NCBI RefSeq assembly: GCF_964355755.1
Contig: NC_092675.1
Coordinates: 21,982,912-22,046,911 of the forward strand
Length of the DNA stretch: 64,000 bases
Direction: 5' to 3'
Origin: Antedon mediterranea
Lineage: Eukaryota > Animalia > Echinodermata
This document shows, piece by piece, positions 59,165-64,000 of the stretch (position 1 is its first letter; each line of letters begins with the position of its first letter). Under the pieces are notes generated by a model. The model ran no database searches. It was not told the DNA's origin and saw only the letters and a program-made list of their open reading frames with translations. A program made the position numbers and the translations under genes.

Positions 59165-62100
59165 ATGGGGCTGAAACTAGTATTTTGCGTTTTGGTTTTG
59201 GCAACCACCACACTTGCGTGTAAGTAAATACTAAGTTATTCATTTTGTTTTTTATACCACTTAGTTTTAAAGGATTTTTGTTGCATCTTCTAATTCTATC
59301 AGCGATCAAAAAGGAATTACAATTTCACAATTTTTTTGTTTTGGGAATTTAAAGAACCTCTGGATTTTAATGCGTTTAATAAACACATTTTCGTGGAATA
59401 CCTATTCAGTAGATTACTTTTCTTTTGAAACATCAACTACATCAACTTTTTTGTTGTTGGAGATAAGTAAGGTTTATAATTTTTTGTCGGACCAACCAAC
59501 CAAGCTCTCTGTTTGTTTTACATGAATTGTCTAGTTAATGAACTGGCTTTGTATAAATAATATATATTTCTTCATTACAATTTTGTTTTCAAATTGTTAA
59601 AATTAAAGTGGTAAGAAAACTGTAGTTAATCCTGTTCATAGCTTAGTATTCATTAAATTTTTCTTTTATTCGCTGTAGAAAATAATACAGTCGCTACTTC
59701 TTATCCAAACAAAGTACTTCAAAGATACTTTATCTGTTCTAATGAGGGCGGGCTGCAATTTTTTTTTTCGTACATAAGTTGGGGACCCCTCATGAAACGT
59801 CACAAAATAAACATGAATAATTCATCAGTTAAATTTGTTGTTCCGCGTGCACCCAAGCGCAGCGTATAGCAACAAGAAGTGATTACACGAACAACTGCAA
59901 TACGATTCTTTCTACAGTAGGCCTAGGATTCTAGGTCAATTCACGTGATTGCCTTCGCGCACTCTTCTTCACACACACACGCCACTATGCAAAATGTGTC
60001 CGAGGCTAATCGACAGCTAGGCAAGACATTAAACTAAGTAGTAATTGGACATAGCCCAAAGAAAGCTTAGACCCACAAGAATAAAAAATGTCTATAATTT
60101 GTGTACTGTAATTTTTTAATTCTGCTATTTTATTATCAAACAATATGCATGTACCCAAAGGAACTTTAAAAATGCGCGTATATGAACACGAGATGGGAAG
60201 ATTAGACCCACGAGAATAAAAAATATATTTTTGTGTAATGTTTATTGTTTAATTTTACTGACTTATTACTCGGACTGTGTCGTCATACCTAACACACATA
60301 CACACACCCACACATAGCTACTACTAGAATAGACATGGTTTTAGAGACTAATAATTAGGCCTAATAGTATTAATAGAAACTATAATTTTAACACGTAATT
60401 GTTTAGTAATAAATTATATTAAAAACACCATAAACTAAAGGCTGATTATTTCGACAATCCACACAAAACGCCGCTATTTTTTTATGAAATCCCACGCGGC
60501 AACCACACAGCGGAGATTAGACCTATACTAGAATCGTACCGCACTTGTGTAATCACTTCTTGTTGCTATACGCTTGGGTGCACACGGAACAAGAAAATTT
60601 AACTGATGAATTATTCATGTTTATTTTGTGACGTTTTCATGAGGGGGTCCCCAACTTATGTACGAAAAAAAAAATCGCGGGCGGGCTACCATTTCTGTAG
60701 AGACTCTTAAAAAGTTTTATTTATAGAGGGCGCACTATACGATATTATCAATTTCGAAAGCTTTTTTGTTGTAAACATATTTTTATAATATTGATATATT
60801 TTCAACTTTCTTTTAAAAAAATGTAGTTATGCTACAGTCTGAGTTGTATTTAGTATTAATTTTATTTAATTCTATTGTTTTTACATTTATTCTCAATTTT
60901 TTCTCAACTATTTTAAAAGTCTGACTGATTATTATATTATAACTAATTATTAATTTTCTTTTATATACCTGAAACATTTTATTTCATAGTATATTATTTA
61001 CTGAATATACCTGTTGTATAAACTAACTCTTTTTTCTTCCAGGGCCATGGCAAACCACAGAAGAACGCTGTGGAAAAACTTGTAAAAGTAAGATATTTTC
61101 TGTTTCCAAAACTGTTTCAACTAATACAAAATTTCAAAAAGAAGCTCATAGAATTATTTGAGTATATATAGACTAAATTTGTTGAAGGTCCTTATTAAAT
61201 ATTTTCAGATTTTATTAAAAAAAAAATTAATTGATCGTAGACTGACAAGGTAGTTTATAATTATGATACCGAAAGTAAATGAAAAACAGTGCTGAGTGTT
61301 ACACAAATCATCATTCTATACTACATTGTGAAGTTTAACCTATTCCGGATTAACTATAATATTATTTTGATTTTTGTTTGATATGTAATGTAATTTTGTG
61401 TAGATATGTCTGGTTATGAATTAAACAAGAAATACACATATGACTACAGTATAACTGTGTCATCACTTATCAATGGAACGTCGGATGAAGATTCTAGTGT
61501 TGTTGTAACGTGTAACGCAAACATTGAAGTTGTTGACAACTGTGAAATGGTTTTAACGGTACAGTTTTTCATTTATGGTCATTGTTTTTAACAGTACAAT
61601 ACTTGCTTGAAGCTCCCTATACCTTAAAAAAAATTTGAAGAATTGTGGCGCCTACAATTGTCAGGTTATCATTCTGAATTTGTCAGTATATAATCTTGCA
61701 GAACATGCCTATTGAAAAATAAGAAAATCGCAAATTCACAAATAAAAAAGGGTAACATTTGTATTCTTTTAACATAGGCCGAAATATCAACATGCACCCT
61801 CTGTGGCATATTTTGCCAAGTACTTCACTTAATTTATGAGTGCTTTCATTATATTAGTGTTAATATCTATACATAGCATACAAAGCAAGGGTGACTATGT
61901 TTTTGATATTATTATTCTGGGAAGATGGCATCATGTTTTATAATCTACTTCATATAGGTTTCTCAGGTTCAGATTCAAGAAAAGAATTCTGAAGGTTCAC
62001 TGACAATCTCAAAAAGCAATAACTTCCTTAGGTCAGAGTTGATGAGCAAAGAACTTCACTTCAGTTATGATGAAGGTCTTATTCAAACACTTTGTCCAGA

Positions 62101-63815
62101 AGATGAGGAAAAATCATGGGTACTCAACTTTAAACGTGGTGTATTGTCTGCATTCCAAGGAACCTCACTTCAGGTCTTGTCCATGGAACCAGAAGGCCAG
62201 ACAACATCAATGGAGGTAAGAAGATGTCTTAAATATGGCACTATCGAACAGCTCTCCATATTCAACAGTACCTTGATTTAACAATGCTCCATATCTTAAC
62301 AGCGCTTTTATTTACAACACTCCTATTTATCTAGAATTTTACTACGCCCAATGTTAGTGTTCTGTCTTACAGCTGTCCCTATTTAAAAGCGCACTAATTA
62401 TTTGCGATCTATTTAATAGTGTTTTTTATTTCAAAGCTATTCTATTTTACAATGCTCCATTTAACAATTTCAACTCAGTATTCCGGATGACTTATTGGAC
62501 CACTTGTAGAACGAGTTTTATTATTTATAACTTATAATATTTGATTTATTATTGTTTGTTTGATACCTAGACTGATGTAACTGGTATCTGCCCAGTTGAC
62601 CTTAAAAAGGTTGATGAGGGTGTAACTGTTAAGTCAAAGGACTTCATGGGATGTCAGAAACGTGGTGAGATTGATTCATCCGTCCAGGCAATACAACTTC
62701 TACCTCATGCAGTGAGTAACACACCTAGCGTTTAGTAACTTGTTAAAACAACAATATAGTAATTGCTGTGTAGGGCTAGTTGCTACACTATTAAAGCCCC
62801 TCATTGAACAACTAAAATATTGATAAATTAATTTAGAAAGAAACTAGATATTAAAACAACTATGTATTAAGGAATAAGTTAAATATATATATATATATCT
62901 TACTATATCTGAAGGCAAATTACTAAAAACAAAAATGATATCAGTTGGTTACTGTAGATCTCAATGAATAAAAATATAAAAGGACTTTTCTGAAACATCT
63001 ACCATTATTAAGTCACTTGAATATTACATTTAATTTAAAACAGCCCACAATGAGTGTATTGAACAGCACTCAGATCTGTGAGCAACAATGGACAAGTCAG
63101 AGACTACAAAGAACCTTGTGTCGTGAGAAACACCTTGTTAAACCTTTTTCCAAAGGAGAAAGTGGCGCTGTTACCACCGTTGTACAAATCATGGAAATTT
63201 CCAACATTGTGAATGTTCCACAAAGATCTGATTGTAAGTATACTAAGCTTCTGACTTGCGATTTATTTATTTATTTACAATCTCATTCAACAGCGGGAAA
63301 CCCGCCACTTACAGAATGGAAAAATGACATAGGAACAGGTTAGGTCATGTTAATGTGAGTGCATGCAAAGAAGTTGGAAATTCTTTCACGCTCTCCTTGT
63401 CAGTTTTTGTAGTTTCTAAGTCCAATCAATAACTGATGACTCATCAATGCATAGGTCATAGGTCATCTGTTGACTTACATTTTAATGATTTAATTATACC
63501 TGTTAAGAAGGCTAGTTGATTTTTTCCCAATATTTTCTTATAAACTATTACTTACATATTTATTTCAGCACAAATCAACAGAAAAACCGATCTGCTCTTT
63601 GAACACATTGTTAAGGAAGATTCAATTGATGCTCAAGAGCTTGAAGCAACTCTCCAAGAGGTCTGCGATAACATCGATTCAGATATTGGCGCAGATGCAG
63701 CTGAAAGGTTCGCAAAAGTTGCTTTCCAAATGCGCAAGCTTGAGAAGGCATCACTTGCAGGTGTTGTGTCCAAGGTGATGAACAATGAGATTTGCGGTGA
63801 CAGTGCTTCATTGAG
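59165..63815 (+). CDS. Large lipid transfer protein (apolipophorin / apoB / vitellogenin superfamily), 5' part; continues beyond window
   Basis: Exons 59165-59219, 61043-61087, 61404-61558, 61958-62215, 62571-62711, 63044-63233, 63569-63815; phase-consistent. Signal peptide MGLKLVFCVLVLATTTLA; Vitellogenin_N/LLT motifs YELNKKYTYDY, FSYDEGLIQTLCP.DEE.SWVLNFKRGVLSAFQ, ETDVTGICP, KSKDFMGC..R, CREKHLVKPFS..ESGA, DLLFEH. The pattern is most like apolipophorin. Confidence 0.92.
59755..60678. mobile_element. Non-autonomous Mutator/MULE-like element with ~135-bp TIRs in LLTP intron 1
   Basis: GC(A/G)ATTTTTTTTTTCGTACATAAGTTGGGGACCCC...AGAAGTGATTACAC is mirrored at both ends; 9-bp TSD GGGCGGGCT (59746-59754, 60679-60687). 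Confidence 0.9.
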
Positions 63816-64000
63816 GTAAGAAAGGTCATTTTTTTTCATTGACCTATGGCCTGTGACCTATAACATGTATTATCAGTTGATCGAAAATTAAACGATAGAA
63901 AAACATAATAATTTGATAGATGCACATTTAATATTACAGTGCGGCTTTTAAGTAATAGGTAATTTTTTTACATGTGACCTATGACATATTTCTTGCATCC

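Overview
AT-rich animal genomic DNA. The DeuSINE-type repeats and overall gene style suggest an invertebrate deuterostome such as an echinoderm, which is an inference. I reconstructed three spliced protein-coding genes on the + strand by hand. (1) A complete DNAJC14/JIV-type co-chaperone (CDS 8109-18454, 11 coding exons, ~964 aa) with a hydrophobic membrane segment, an HPD J-domain, a Jiv90 Zn domain and an N-terminal array of ~8 repeats of 35-38 aa carrying (S/T)PHR. (2) A complete MYSM1-type histone H2A deubiquitinase (CDS 22656-39064, 18 exons, ~1099 aa; SANT, SWIRM, intact JAMM/MPN+). Its introns hold a U12-type intron, two candidate 16-nt poison micro-exons, a Penelope-type minimal hammerhead ribozyme motif and a 3-kb 82-bp satellite grown out of a MITE. 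(3) The first 7 exons of an apolipophorin/apoB/vitellogenin-superfamily large lipid transfer protein (from 59165), with a TATA-Inr promoter, a 47-bp perfect palindrome upstream and clustered DR1 nuclear-receptor elements. The rest is a patchwork of LINE 3' fragments, tRNA-derived SINEs and non-autonomous DNA transposons (Harbinger-, Kolobok-, MULE-, Sola-, pogo- and hAT-like). The 39-59 kb interval has no convincing coding exon but may hide a minus-strand transcript starting near 56.6 kb. There is no CRISPR array or prokaryotic system. All calls are by eye; no database search was run.
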